Origin: an uncultured Mycoplasmatota bacterium
GTDB lineage: Bacteria; Bacillota_I; Bacilli_A; RF39; UBA660
Length of the DNA: 43,325 nt
Assembly (NCBI GenBank): GCA_948432605.1
Contig: CAOJCV010000002.1
Location: 1 to 43,325 of the forward strand
Direction: 5' to 3'
Below, piece after piece: positions 16,178-25,117 of the stretch. The notes under the pieces are model-generated. The model had not been told where the DNA came from. It ran no database searches and saw only the letters and a program-made list of their open reading frames with translations. The translations under genes were made by a program, and so were the position numbers. Each line of letters starts with the position of its first letter. Positions within the stretch are counted from its first letter, which is position 1.

Positions 16178-17695
16178 ATGAGAACAAAGAATTCTATTCG
16201 TAATTTATGTTATGCATTTATAGGACAATTTTTTGGTTTAATAATAAGTTTTTTAGCACGAATGGTTTTTGTGCATACATTGAATGTGGAATATTTAGGA
16301 GTGAGTGGATTATTTACAAATATATTAAATATTTTATGTTTTACGGAACTCGGTATTGGGACTTCTATAGCATTCTGTTTGTATAAGCCATTAGAAGAAA
16401 GAGATACGGAAAAAATCAAAACTTTAATGTTTTTCTTTAAAAAAGTATATTGCTTTTTAGGGGTATTAATTCTTATTCTTGGTTGTTGTTTTTTACCTTT
16501 TTATAAGTTTACATTAAATGAAATTCCTAATATTTCTGATTTAAATTTAATTTATATATTATTTGTGATAAATACTGGAATTTCATATTTCTTTTCTTAT
16601 AAAAGAACTTTGGTAATTACAGATCAAAAAAGATATATTGCTACTATCTATCGTTATGTTTTCTATTTTTTTCTAAATGTTTTTCAAATTATTATTTTAT
16701 TATGGTTTCATAATTATATATTGTTTTTAATTCTTCAAATTATTTTTACTTTTTTAGAAAATTATTTCTTATCAAAAAAAGTAGATAAATTATATCCGGA
16801 ATTAAAAGAAAAAAATGTAAAAAATATTGAAAAAGAAGAGCTTCAAAACATAATAACAACCTTTAAATCTGTAGTCTATCACAAATTTGGTGGTGTTATA
16901 TTGAGAACAACTGATAATATTTGTATATCAAAAATTTTAGGTGTGTTTTTTGTTGGATTATATTCAAATTATTATATGATTACAAATGCTTTAGATACAA
17001 TTATTTCACAAATATTTAATTCTGTAGTGGCAAGTATTGGTAACTTAAATGTGAATAATACACGTGAAAAAATGGAAAATGTATTTCATAAAATCTTTTT
17101 TTTAAATTCTTGGATTTATGGTTTTTGTAGTATTTGTTTAATTTCTTTAGCAAATCCATTTATTGAATTATGGCTAGGAAAAGATTATATTTTAGATTTT
17201 TCTATTTTAATCGCGATTGTTTTGAATTTTTATATTTTTGGGATGCGTAAAACATGTATGACTTTTAGAGAAGCTACTGGTAATTATGAGTTAGATAAGT
17301 ATAGTCCGCTTATAGAAGCTGTGATTAATATTGTTTCCTCTATTATTTTTACTAAATTTTTTGGTTTAATAGGTGTTTTTCTTGGAACAATTTTAAGTTG
17401 TCTTTGTACTTGCTTTTGGTGGGAACCTTTAGTAATTTATAAAAAAAGTCTGAAATCAAATTTAACGGATTATTTTAAAAAATATTTTCTTTATTCGGTT
17501 GTAACTTTAGGTTTAGGTGTAGTAACAGTTTTATTATGTAGTTTTATTTCTAAAGTTAATTTTATAACGTTTTTTCTGAGATTATTTTTGTGTATTATAA
17601 TTCCTAATATTACATATTATTTTATTTATAGAGAAAATAAAGATTTTAATTTTTATAAAAGTTTAATTAAGAGAAAGGTGTGTAAAGAAGCATGA
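16178..17695 (+). CDS. Wzx-type polysaccharide flippase (MOP superfamily)
   Basis: This 505-aa polytopic membrane protein has the N-terminal pattern typical of polysaccharide-biosynthesis flippases (NSIRNLCYAFIGQFFGLIISFLARMVF). GAGGTGA RBS. Confidence 0.8.
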   Translation: MRTKNSIRNLCYAFIGQFFGLIISFLARMVFVHTLNVEYLGVSGLFTNILNILCFTELGIGTSIAFCLYKPLEERDTEKIKTLMFFFKKVYCFLGVLILILGCCFLPFYKFTLNEIPNISDLNLIYILFVINTGISYFFSYKRTLVITDQKRYIATIYRYVFYFFLNVFQIIILLWFHNYILFLILQIIFTFLENYFLSKKVDKLYPELKEKNVKNIEKEELQNIITTFKSVVYHKFGGVILRTTDNICISKILGVFFVGLYSNYYMITNALDTIISQIFNSVVASIGNLNVNNTREKMENVFHKIFFLNSWIYGFCSICLISLANPFIELWLGKDYILDFSILIAIVLNFYIFGMRKTCMTFREATGNYELDKYSPLIEAVINIVSSIIFTKFFGLIGVFLGTILSCLCTCFWWEPLVIYKKSLKSNLTDYFKKYFLYSVVTLGLGVVTVLLCSFISKVNFITFFLRLFLCIIIPNITYYFIYRENKDFNFYKSLIKRKVCKEA

Positions 17696-19062
17696 CATAT
17701 TTGTTTTTAATTTTAGTAATTTTGTTTTTGACAGTTATGTCATATCGATTATTTTCTAAGGATTTTTTATCTCCTTCTTTCTTATTGTGTATTTCTTTTC
17801 TTTTTGGGGTTGTTTGTTCTTTTTTTGGACGTTTAAGTTGGAATCCAATTGAAGAACTTCATTTAGAGACTTTATCCATTATTATTATAGGTTTATTTTG
17901 TTTTATTGTTGGAGAAATTATTGTTCGGTTATTCGTAAAAATAAAATTAAAAAAAATAGGAGAGCAAAAAAAGATAAATATAGAATTTTGGAAAATTATT
18001 ATTTCTTTCTTGTTCGTAACAATTACAATGGTTTTATATTTTTTTGAAATTCGAAGAATCGTTTTTCAGCTGGGACATAATACGAACAATATTAGCCAAA
18101 TTTTAAAATTATATCGAGAAACTACAAGTTTATATACTACTAAGTATGTTGGCACGGATTTATCGATTAATGTTATAGTTTCACAAATGAGAAAAGCATG
18201 TGATATGCTATGTTATTTATACATGTTTTTTCTAGTAAATAATGTTACGTGTCAATCATGGAAAGAAAGTTTTTTGAAAGGAAACCGTAAATTTAATATA
18301 GGTTATATTTTAATTATTTTGGTTTGTGCGATTTCTTCTTTCTTAACTGGTGGTAGAATGAAAATCATGAGTTATATTATAGGGTTTGTGTTTTTGTATT
18401 TGTGTTTGAGAACACGTAATAGTGAAATGAAAATTAATAAGAAAAAGATTATTAAATATTTTATGTTATCATCACTTCCTTTATTATTGTTTTTTTATAT
18501 AAGTTCAGCAATAGTTGGAAGAAAAAAAGATGTTTCTCCTTCAAGTTACGTATCATTTTATTTCGGTTCTGCTATAACTGGATTGGATAAATATGTAGAA
18601 GATCCAGCGAAAAAAAATGGAAGATTTGGTGAGGAAACATTATCAGGTATATATACTACTTTATATAAATTTCATTTAATTGATGAAACTGATCCTATTT
18701 CTTTACGTTGGTATCCATATCAAATTCAAGATACAGTCATTCACGCTAATATTTTTACATCTTTTCGAAGGTACTATCATGATTTTGGAACAACTGGGCT
18801 TGTTTTGTGTCAAATTTTATTTGGAATGATTATGGTATATTTATATTATAAAAGCACTAGTAGTAAAAATGTGTTGTATATAATATTTTATTCTTCAATT
18901 GTTTACATTTTATTAGATCATGTTCGTGATGATATATTTTTTAGAAACATTGTGCATTTTAATACAATAATAAATTTAATACTATTATCTATAGAGTATT
19001 ATTTATTAGTTCATTTTAGTTTTAAAGACTTGAGAAATTTTAAATTAAAAATAAAACGTTAA
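17692..19062 (+). CDS. Polytopic membrane protein, candidate Wzy-type repeat-unit polymerase
   Basis: The protein is 456 aa with many hydrophobic segments and no soluble catalytic domain. Its start overlaps the wzx stop (ATGA at 17692-17695). The assignment rests on position and topology only. Confidence 0.5.
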   Translation: MTYLFLILVILFLTVMSYRLFSKDFLSPSFLLCISFLFGVVCSFFGRLSWNPIEELHLETLSIIIIGLFCFIVGEIIVRLFVKIKLKKIGEQKKINIEFWKIIISFLFVTITMVLYFFEIRRIVFQLGHNTNNISQILKLYRETTSLYTTKYVGTDLSINVIVSQMRKACDMLCYLYMFFLVNNVTCQSWKESFLKGNRKFNIGYILIILVCAISSFLTGGRMKIMSYIIGFVFLYLCLRTRNSEMKINKKKIIKYFMLSSLPLLLFFYISSAIVGRKKDVSPSSYVSFYFGSAITGLDKYVEDPAKKNGRFGEETLSGIYTTLYKFHLIDETDPISLRWYPYQIQDTVIHANIFTSFRRYYHDFGTTGLVLCQILFGMIMVYLYYKSTSSKNVLYIIFYSSIVYILLDHVRDDIFFRNIVHFNTIINLILLSIEYYLLVHFSFKDLRNFKLKIKR

Positions 19063-19098
19063 AGTAGTCGATTCTTTACAATAATTAAATTTTAAATT

Positions 19099-19127
19099 TT
19101 GACAAATAATATGTGGAATGATAAAAT
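19099..19127 (+). promoter_or_regulatory. Internal SigA-type promoter for the surface-protein gene
   Basis: TTGACA (19099-19104), a 17-nt spacer, then TGaTAAAAT (-10 hexamer at 19122-19127). Confidence 0.5.
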
Positions 19128-19153
19128 GGTTATATAGAATTGGGGTAGAAAAT

Positions 19154-20443
19154 ATGAGAAAAAAAATTTTTAGGTTAGGTGTTCATCTTTTAATGTTTGT
19201 TTCATTTTTTAGTTTTGGATTTTTACTAGTCAATGCCCAAGATAAGGTTCAATCTATTTCATATAAAAAATTATTTGATGTTTCTTTGAAAGATGGATAT
19301 GAATCCTTTCAGGGAATGACAATTACAGATAAATACATTATTATTGCTATGATAAAAAATGACAATTCTAAAAGTGCACTTTTTGTTTATGATAAGAACT
19401 CTTATAATTTAGTAAATTTGGAAAATATGCAAAATCCAATTGAAACTTATGATATTGGACACGCAAATGATATGACATTTAATAAAGAAAAAAATGAGGT
19501 TTATATAATAAAAGGAAATGAAATAGTAGTTATCGATTCAGAGACATTTAATCAAAAAGAAAGTATTCCTTTAAGTAATAGTTATGGTGGAATTACATTG
19601 AATAAAGATAAACAATTTATTTTTCAAAAAAATAATAAAATATATATTATGAAAGATAATGTTGTTCAAAATGAATTTGATGCAATTACTAATTTGACTC
19701 ATCAAAATATTTCTTATTTTAATGGTAATATATTTCATACTTGTTATGAGTATGGAAAAGTTGGTTTGTATCAACCAGTATATGATGGGGTTTATGAAGC
19801 TGGAACTAATTTAATATATGTATATGATGAATCAGGAAATCAAGAAAATATTCTTTTTATACCTACTGGATATGGAGAGATAGAGGCTTTAGAATTTGAT
19901 GAAAATGGAATTCCTTTTGTTTTATTTAATTCCCCAGATAAATATGGTACAGTATATATTCCTATTTATAATGATGCTGTAGTGAAAATTTCTGTTTCTG
20001 ATGAGAGCACTACTGATGATTCCACTGCTTCTCTTGTTGATAAAAATGGCAATATTGAGACTGTTAATATAAAAGATGGAGTTTATAATTTTCAAGATCT
20101 TGTATATTATGAACCAGGTGTTTATGAATATTTTGTATTAAAAAGCATAAATAATTTAGAAAGAACTTCTGATGAAAGTATTAGAGTAACAGTAAAAGTA
20201 ACATATGATGCCACAACGAATCAGTTAATTGCTAATTCTGAATATGAAAAAAGTGGTTTTACAAAAGATGAGGTTATTGAGACGCCTATAGTTCCTGGTA
20301 ATACTTCTAATGAAATCTTAGAAGAAGAGATAGTTGAAAATCCTCAAACTGGTAATTATTTCCCTTTTTATATTCTTCCTATTATTTTAGGAGCTGGACT
20401 AGTATTTGTATTATTTAAAAGAAAATTTTTCTTTAAATTGTAA
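19154..20443 (+). CDS. Secreted, sortase-anchored surface protein (NPQTG sorting signal) with a pilin-like isopeptide-type C-terminal domain
   Basis: It has a signal peptide (MRKKIFRLGVHLLMFVSFFSFGFLLVNAQD). The C-terminus is ENPQTG, then a hydrophobic helix, then a KRKFFFKL tail. The block YYEPGVYEYFVLK...IRVTVKVTYD resembles the FctA/Spy0128-type pilin domain. I set the start at ATG 19154. Confidence 0.7.
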   Translation: MRKKIFRLGVHLLMFVSFFSFGFLLVNAQDKVQSISYKKLFDVSLKDGYESFQGMTITDKYIIIAMIKNDNSKSALFVYDKNSYNLVNLENMQNPIETYDIGHANDMTFNKEKNEVYIIKGNEIVVIDSETFNQKESIPLSNSYGGITLNKDKQFIFQKNNKIYIMKDNVVQNEFDAITNLTHQNISYFNGNIFHTCYEYGKVGLYQPVYDGVYEAGTNLIYVYDESGNQENILFIPTGYGEIEALEFDENGIPFVLFNSPDKYGTVYIPIYNDAVVKISVSDESTTDDSTASLVDKNGNIETVNIKDGVYNFQDLVYYEPGVYEYFVLKSINNLERTSDESIRVTVKVTYDATTNQLIANSEYEKSGFTKDEVIETPIVPGNTSNEILEEEIVENPQTGNYFPFYILPIILGAGLVFVLFKRKFFFKL

Positions 20444-20470
20444 AACTCTTTTTTTAGAGTTTCTTTTTTA
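20443..20470 (+). terminator. Rho-independent terminator after the surface-protein gene
   Basis: AAACTCT (20443-20449) pairs with AGAGTTT (20456-20462) across a 6-nt loop, followed by CTTTTTTT. Confidence 0.55.
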
Positions 20471-20507
20471 ATAAGTGTCAATTATTTTCTTTTAAATTAA
20501 TTTTTTT

Positions 20508-20535
20508 TTGAAAAAAGCAAATTATATAGTATAAT
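20508..20535 (+). promoter_or_regulatory. SigA-type promoter for the LCP-VanZ pair
   Basis: TTGAAA (20508-20513), a 16-nt spacer, then TATAAT (20530-20535). Confidence 0.4.
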
Positions 20536-20594
20536 ATCTATGAAAGTAGAAGTTATTTCAAATAGAAACTTTCAAGTAAAATAGGAGAGAAAAG

Positions 20595-22061
20595 ATGAAA
20601 AAAAGTAGTAAAAAAAATAGTAAGTATAGAATGATATCAAAATTTAGTCAATTATTGTGGATTTTATCTATATTGTTGATTATGTTGCTTGGGTATTTTA
20701 TTTATTCTTCTAATGTGTTGCCTTTAAAATATTTTTTAATCATAATTGGAATTTGTTTCGTATTTTTAGTGTTACATGGTTTTTTTGTATTGAAAAAGAA
20801 TACACGATTATGGTTATTAATTTTGCTAAATATTGTTACTTTAATTTTTATGTGTGGAGAAGTTTTTGCTATTACTAAAATTAGTGATATGATTAATTTT
20901 TTGAGAGAGAATTTAGCTAATCATTTTGAAACAAATGTTTACAATATTATTGTGAATAAAGATTCTTCTTATTCTAAAATTGATGATATAAAAAATAAAA
21001 CATTGAAAACTGTTAAAGATATGGAAGATTTAAATTTATTTGAAACAAGTGTGAAGAATAAAGTAGATGGATCTATAGAATATCAAGATAATATAGTTGA
21101 TTTATTAACTAAAATTAAAAATGATAAAGAGCTTATAGTAATTGTTAATTCAGGTAGTTATGACGCAATGGTTGAAATGGATGATAAGTTTGAAGATAGT
21201 GTTAAAATTATTGATACTATAGTTATTACAGTTGAAATTCATAATAATGAAACCGGCATTGATATTACAAAAGACCCATTTGTTCTTTATTTAAGTGGTA
21301 TTGATACAAGAAGTAATTATTTACCTTCAAGAAGTTTAAGTGATGTTAATATTCTTTTGGCTATTAATCCAAAAAATAAAAGAATTTTGATGATTCATAT
21401 TCCTAGAGATTATTATGTTCAAATTCATGGTACTTCAGGTTATAAAGACAAACTAACTCACACTGGAACTATTGGTGGTGTAGAGTTAACTATGAAAACG
21501 CTTGAAGATTTACTGGAAATAGAACTACCATATTATTTTAGAGTTAATTTTAATGCTGTTGTTAATTTAGTAGATGCAATAGGAGGAATCAATATTAATT
21601 CTGATGTAGATTATTCTTTTACATGTTGGACTGATCGTAGTTGTGTGTTCCATCCTGGATTAAATTCTGTAGGTGGGAAATGTGCTCTCGCATTTGCTAG
21701 AGAGCGTCATGCGTATGCAACGGGAGATAGACATCGTGGAGAAAACCAAGAACAAGTCTTAGAATTAGTTATTAATAAAATTACAAGTTCAAGTACTATT
21801 ATTTCTAAATATACTGATATTTTAAATGCATTAAATGGAACGTTTCAAACTAATATTTCAATGGAAGAAATTACAAATTTAGTTAAAATGCAAATTGATG
21901 ATATGAGTCCTTGGAGGATGGAAACTTTAAATGTAGATGGAACAGGTGCTTACATGCCAACTTATAGTTATCCAGGACAAAATTTGTATGTTATGGAACC
22001 AAAGATGGATACTGTTACAAAAGCTATTGAGAAATTAAATGAAGTATTGGAGACCCCTTAA
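20595..22061 (+). CDS. LytR-CpsA-Psr (LCP) family glycopolymer-peptidoglycan ligase
   Basis: An N-terminal multi-TM region is followed by an extracellular LCP core (YLSGIDTR, SDVNILLAINP, MIHIPRDYYV, ALAFARERH, GDRHRGENQEQV). AGGAGAG RBS. Confidence 0.85.
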   Translation: MKKSSKKNSKYRMISKFSQLLWILSILLIMLLGYFIYSSNVLPLKYFLIIIGICFVFLVLHGFFVLKKNTRLWLLILLNIVTLIFMCGEVFAITKISDMINFLRENLANHFETNVYNIIVNKDSSYSKIDDIKNKTLKTVKDMEDLNLFETSVKNKVDGSIEYQDNIVDLLTKIKNDKELIVIVNSGSYDAMVEMDDKFEDSVKIIDTIVITVEIHNNETGIDITKDPFVLYLSGIDTRSNYLPSRSLSDVNILLAINPKNKRILMIHIPRDYYVQIHGTSGYKDKLTHTGTIGGVELTMKTLEDLLEIELPYYFRVNFNAVVNLVDAIGGININSDVDYSFTCWTDRSCVFHPGLNSVGGKCALAFARERHAYATGDRHRGENQEQVLELVINKITSSSTIISKYTDILNALNGTFQTNISMEEITNLVKMQIDDMSPWRMETLNVDGTGAYMPTYSYPGQNLYVMEPKMDTVTKAIEKLNEVLETP

Positions 22062-22495
22062 TGAAAAAGAAAGTCATTTCTTGGGCTTTACTTATAATTT
22101 GGATGATCGTAATCTTCTTTTTTTCTCATCAACCAAGTATAAAAAGTAGTGGTGTTTCGAATAAAGTATTGGAAATAATCGATACTATAATACCATTTTC
22201 TCTAAATTATGAATGGAGCTCTTTTGTAATCCGAAAACTTGCCCATTTTACGGAGTATGCGATTTTAGGAATACTTATGATACGTCTTGTGAATGTATAT
22301 TTAAAAAAAGAAAAAAATGCTATATATTTTGCTATTTTTTGTTGTTTTTTATATGCTATTAGTGATGAAATTCATCAGCTTTTCATTGTAGGGAGAAATG
22401 GTAATGTTGTAGATGTATTAATTGATACTTGTGGAAGTATGTTTGGTATTTTTCTTCTTCTTATTATTTCAAAATTATTACATAAGCATGTATAA
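22061..22495 (+). CDS. VanZ-family membrane protein
   Basis: It is 144 aa with 4 hydrophobic segments and the motifs RKLAHFTEYAILG and SDEIHQLFIVGRNGNVVDVLIDTCG. Its start overlaps the LCP stop (TAATG). Confidence 0.8.
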   Translation: MKKKVISWALLIIWMIVIFFFSHQPSIKSSGVSNKVLEIIDTIIPFSLNYEWSSFVIRKLAHFTEYAILGILMIRLVNVYLKKEKNAIYFAIFCCFLYAISDEIHQLFIVGRNGNVVDVLIDTCGSMFGIFLLLIISKLLHKHV

Positions 22496-22533
22496 TTTTT
22501 AACTTAATACGTATACTATTAATAGGTGGTAGT

Positions 22534-22665
22534 ATGTATATAGTAATATTTTTTATTGCATTAGCATTTTTATTAGATGTAAGTTGCTGTATTATTTCGG
22601 CAAGAAAAAATAAAGCACAAGTCTTAGTTTCTATTGACGAAAATAAGGAACGATCTAATTTATAA
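22534..22665 (+). CDS. Possible 43-aa small membrane protein (not in the ORF track)
   Basis: ATG 22534 is preceded by a GGTGG RBS. My translation is MYIVIFFIALAFLLDVSCCIISARKNKAQVLVSIDENKERSNL, one TM helix plus a charged tail. A terminator follows directly. Confidence 0.35.
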   Translation: MYIVIFFIALAFLLDVSCCIISARKNKAQVLVSIDENKERSNL

Positions 22666-22673
22666 TATTTTTG

Positions 22674-22697
22674 AAGATAGGATTTCTATCTTTTTTT
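22674..22697 (+). terminator. Rho-independent terminator closing the glycopolymer locus
   Basis: AAGATAG (22674-22680) pairs with CTATCTT (22686-22692) across a 5-nt loop, followed by a T-run. Confidence 0.55.
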
Positions 22698-22805
22698 ATG
22701 TAAAACACATTACTTCATTAATTTTCGTTGCGATTCTTTTTATTTTATATTAAAATAGTTAGTACTGATATTTTATTTTATCTTTAGAGTTGGGAGTTGT
22801 GAAGT

Positions 22806-23882
22806 ATGGATTCTTTTGTTAAAATAATGTATTTATTTTTAGGAGTATTTCTTTTATATGCTTTATTTCAATTATTTTCGTTTCTATATATTAATTATAG
22901 AAAAATCAAAAGAAAAGTTCAGCAAATTATTTTGAAAAAATTTATGAAAAAAGAAGGAATTCTTTATGTATCTTTAGCTCATGAAAATTTTTTGTTGCAT
23001 AAATTAAAAAAAATGGATTATTTTATTAATTTTGTAGAAGTTACAGAAGAGAGTGAAAAAGGTAAAAGAGAAAATTATTTAATGAATTTGAAACCTGTTT
23101 TTGAAAAGCTTATTTCAAAATATGAAAAGAAAAAAATTAGTTTTCAAGTCTATTTTGTTTCTTTTCTTGAAAAATATCCAATAATTTATAATGATGATTG
23201 GAATAAAATTGTTGAATATCTTATTCAATGTTGTAGTAGTAAATCAATTTATTTAAGAGAAAGTGCATTGAGTTCTTTATATAAAATTGGAAATGAGAGT
23301 TATTTAGAGGAAGCTTTGAGGAATATGAATTATTTAAAAATTAATCACCCAACTAAATTGTTAACGGATGGATTTATTCGTTTTGAAGGTTCTATAAATA
23401 ATTTTGCTGAAATGTTAAAAGAAAATATTTCTAATTATAGTGATTCTTATAAAATATCTTGTTTGGAATATTTTAGTTATCAGAAAATAGATTTTCGAAA
23501 AGGAATTTTTCAATTGTTATCTTCTCCAGAAGAGACTAAAGAAGTAAAACTTGCTTGTATTCGATATTTTGCAAATTCAATTTATGAACCAGTAAGTAAA
23601 ATGCTTTATGAACTCTTAAAAGAAGATCAAGATACATTTGAATATGCTGCTGTAGCCGCGAATGTTTTAAAAAGTTATCCAAGTAAAGAAACTTTAAAAC
23701 ATTTAGTAGAGGCTTTACGAAGTAAAAATTGGTATGTTAGAAATAACGCTGCTTGTGCAATAGTGTCTTTTGCAACTGAGAAAGAACTTGAGTCATTGAA
23801 AAACTTTGATGATAAATATGGAAGAGAAGCTTTAATGTATCATATTTCTATGAAAAAGGATGTGGTAAAATGTCAAAAATAG
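22806..23882 (+). CDS. Membrane-anchored HEAT/armadillo-like repeat protein
   Basis: It has an N-terminal TM helix (MYLFLGVFLLYALFQLFSFLYI). The remainder is helical-repeat-like, with HEAT-type signatures (SIYLRESALSSLYKIG; NWYVRNNAACAIVSF). GGGAG RBS. Confidence 0.5.
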   Translation: MDSFVKIMYLFLGVFLLYALFQLFSFLYINYRKIKRKVQQIILKKFMKKEGILYVSLAHENFLLHKLKKMDYFINFVEVTEESEKGKRENYLMNLKPVFEKLISKYEKKKISFQVYFVSFLEKYPIIYNDDWNKIVEYLIQCCSSKSIYLRESALSSLYKIGNESYLEEALRNMNYLKINHPTKLLTDGFIRFEGSINNFAEMLKENISNYSDSYKISCLEYFSYQKIDFRKGIFQLLSSPEETKEVKLACIRYFANSIYEPVSKMLYELLKEDQDTFEYAAVAANVLKSYPSKETLKHLVEALRSKNWYVRNNAACAIVSFATEKELESLKNFDDKYGREALMYHISMKKDVVKCQK

Positions 23883-25084
23883 GAATGTATGTTTTTTATG
23901 GGTTTACAATTTATTTTTTAATTGATTTTTTCTTAAAGGTTCTTTTTTCAATTATTACAAAATGTACTGTTGAAAAAACACTTTATCAAAAAAGGATGAA
24001 TCATAAAATTAATTATCAATATTATCGACCTGTATCTATTATCATACCGATTAATGGCTCAGAACAAGAATTTATAAATTGTTTAGAAAGTGTAGTTAAT
24101 TTAGATTATAAACAATTTGAAATCCTGCTTATTGCTAAGTGTGATCAAAAAGAATCTTATTTAGAATTTATTGAAAAAAATAAACTTATAAAAGTTTCTA
24201 GGCCTTTTAAAAAAGTATTAGATACCAAAAAAATTGATTGTATTTATGAGGGATTTTATAAAAATGTTCCTGTTACTTTTGTTTTAAAAGAGGCATCTAT
24301 TTTACCAGATGATTATAATGCAGGTGTTAATATAGCTAGGTATCCTTATATTTTAACTTTGAAGGGTAATCAAGAAATTAAAAAAAATGCTTTGAAAGAA
24401 TTTGTACGAACTGTAATGCAAAATGAAGATGTTGTATTATGTTCAGGGGTTACTATAAAAAAGTTTAAAACCAAAAATCTTTTTTCTTTTTTAGAAAATT
24501 GGCGAATTACTAATTTATTTGTAAAAAATACATGTTTTGAAATATGGAATGGCAATTTATTTTTTTCTAATTCGTTTTGCTTTTTTAAAAAAGATATATT
24601 TTTAGAAATGAAAGGTTTCTCTTTAAAAAATGGTTTTATAGATGGTAGTTTTTTAGCACGATTTCATATATTTTTAAAACGATTAAAAAGAAAATATTAT
24701 ATTCGTTATGTTTTAACAGCAAATATAATAGAATACCCTTTGATGGGCAAAGAGAAAAACTTTTTAAATGAAGAAACTAAAAGTTTTCTTTTAGGACTTT
24801 TACATAATAAAAAGCTATTATTTCAGCCCAAATATGGTTTATTAAGTTTTTTTACTTATACTTATTATTTTTTCTTTGAATTTTTAAAACCATTATTTTT
24901 ATTAATTGAAATTATTTTAGTTCTTTCGTTTTTATTTACATCTCAATTGTCTTGGTGGATAGTTCTTGTTTTAATCTTTTTATTCATATTCTTTCCACTT
25001 TGGTCTTATTACTATAATTACACATCTTTAAAAAAATTATTGAAAGAGAGAAAAACAGAAATCGACCATGTGATTATAAATTAA
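23870..25084 (+). CDS. GT2-like membrane-embedded glycosyltransferase homolog (synthase-type topology), catalytic motifs atypical
   Basis: After an N-terminal TM helix comes the GT-A opening PVSIIIPINGSEQEFINCLESVVNLDYKQFEILLI, with C-terminal TM helices. Where DxD is expected after NAGVNIARYPYILTL, the sequence reads KGN. It overlaps the HEAT gene by 13 nt. Confidence 0.55.
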   Translation: MSKIGMYVFYGFTIYFLIDFFLKVLFSIITKCTVEKTLYQKRMNHKINYQYYRPVSIIIPINGSEQEFINCLESVVNLDYKQFEILLIAKCDQKESYLEFIEKNKLIKVSRPFKKVLDTKKIDCIYEGFYKNVPVTFVLKEASILPDDYNAGVNIARYPYILTLKGNQEIKKNALKEFVRTVMQNEDVVLCSGVTIKKFKTKNLFSFLENWRITNLFVKNTCFEIWNGNLFFSNSFCFFKKDIFLEMKGFSLKNGFIDGSFLARFHIFLKRLKRKYYIRYVLTANIIEYPLMGKEKNFLNEETKSFLLGLLHNKKLLFQPKYGLLSFFTYTYYFFFEFLKPLFLLIEIILVLSFLFTSQLSWWIVLVLIFLFIFFPLWSYYYNYTSLKKLLKERKTEIDHVIIN

Positions 25085-25117
25085 TAGAAAATAGCATAGT
25101 ATTTATTAGGTGATACT

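Noticed and set aside
22534-22697. The 43-aa hydrophobic ORF after vanZ as a type I toxin-antitoxin module.
   Set aside because: The architecture (TM helix plus charged tail) fits. However, I could not find a convergent promoter or an antisense RNA candidate downstream, and the ORF appears simply co-transcribed with LCP-vanZ and closed by the locus terminator.
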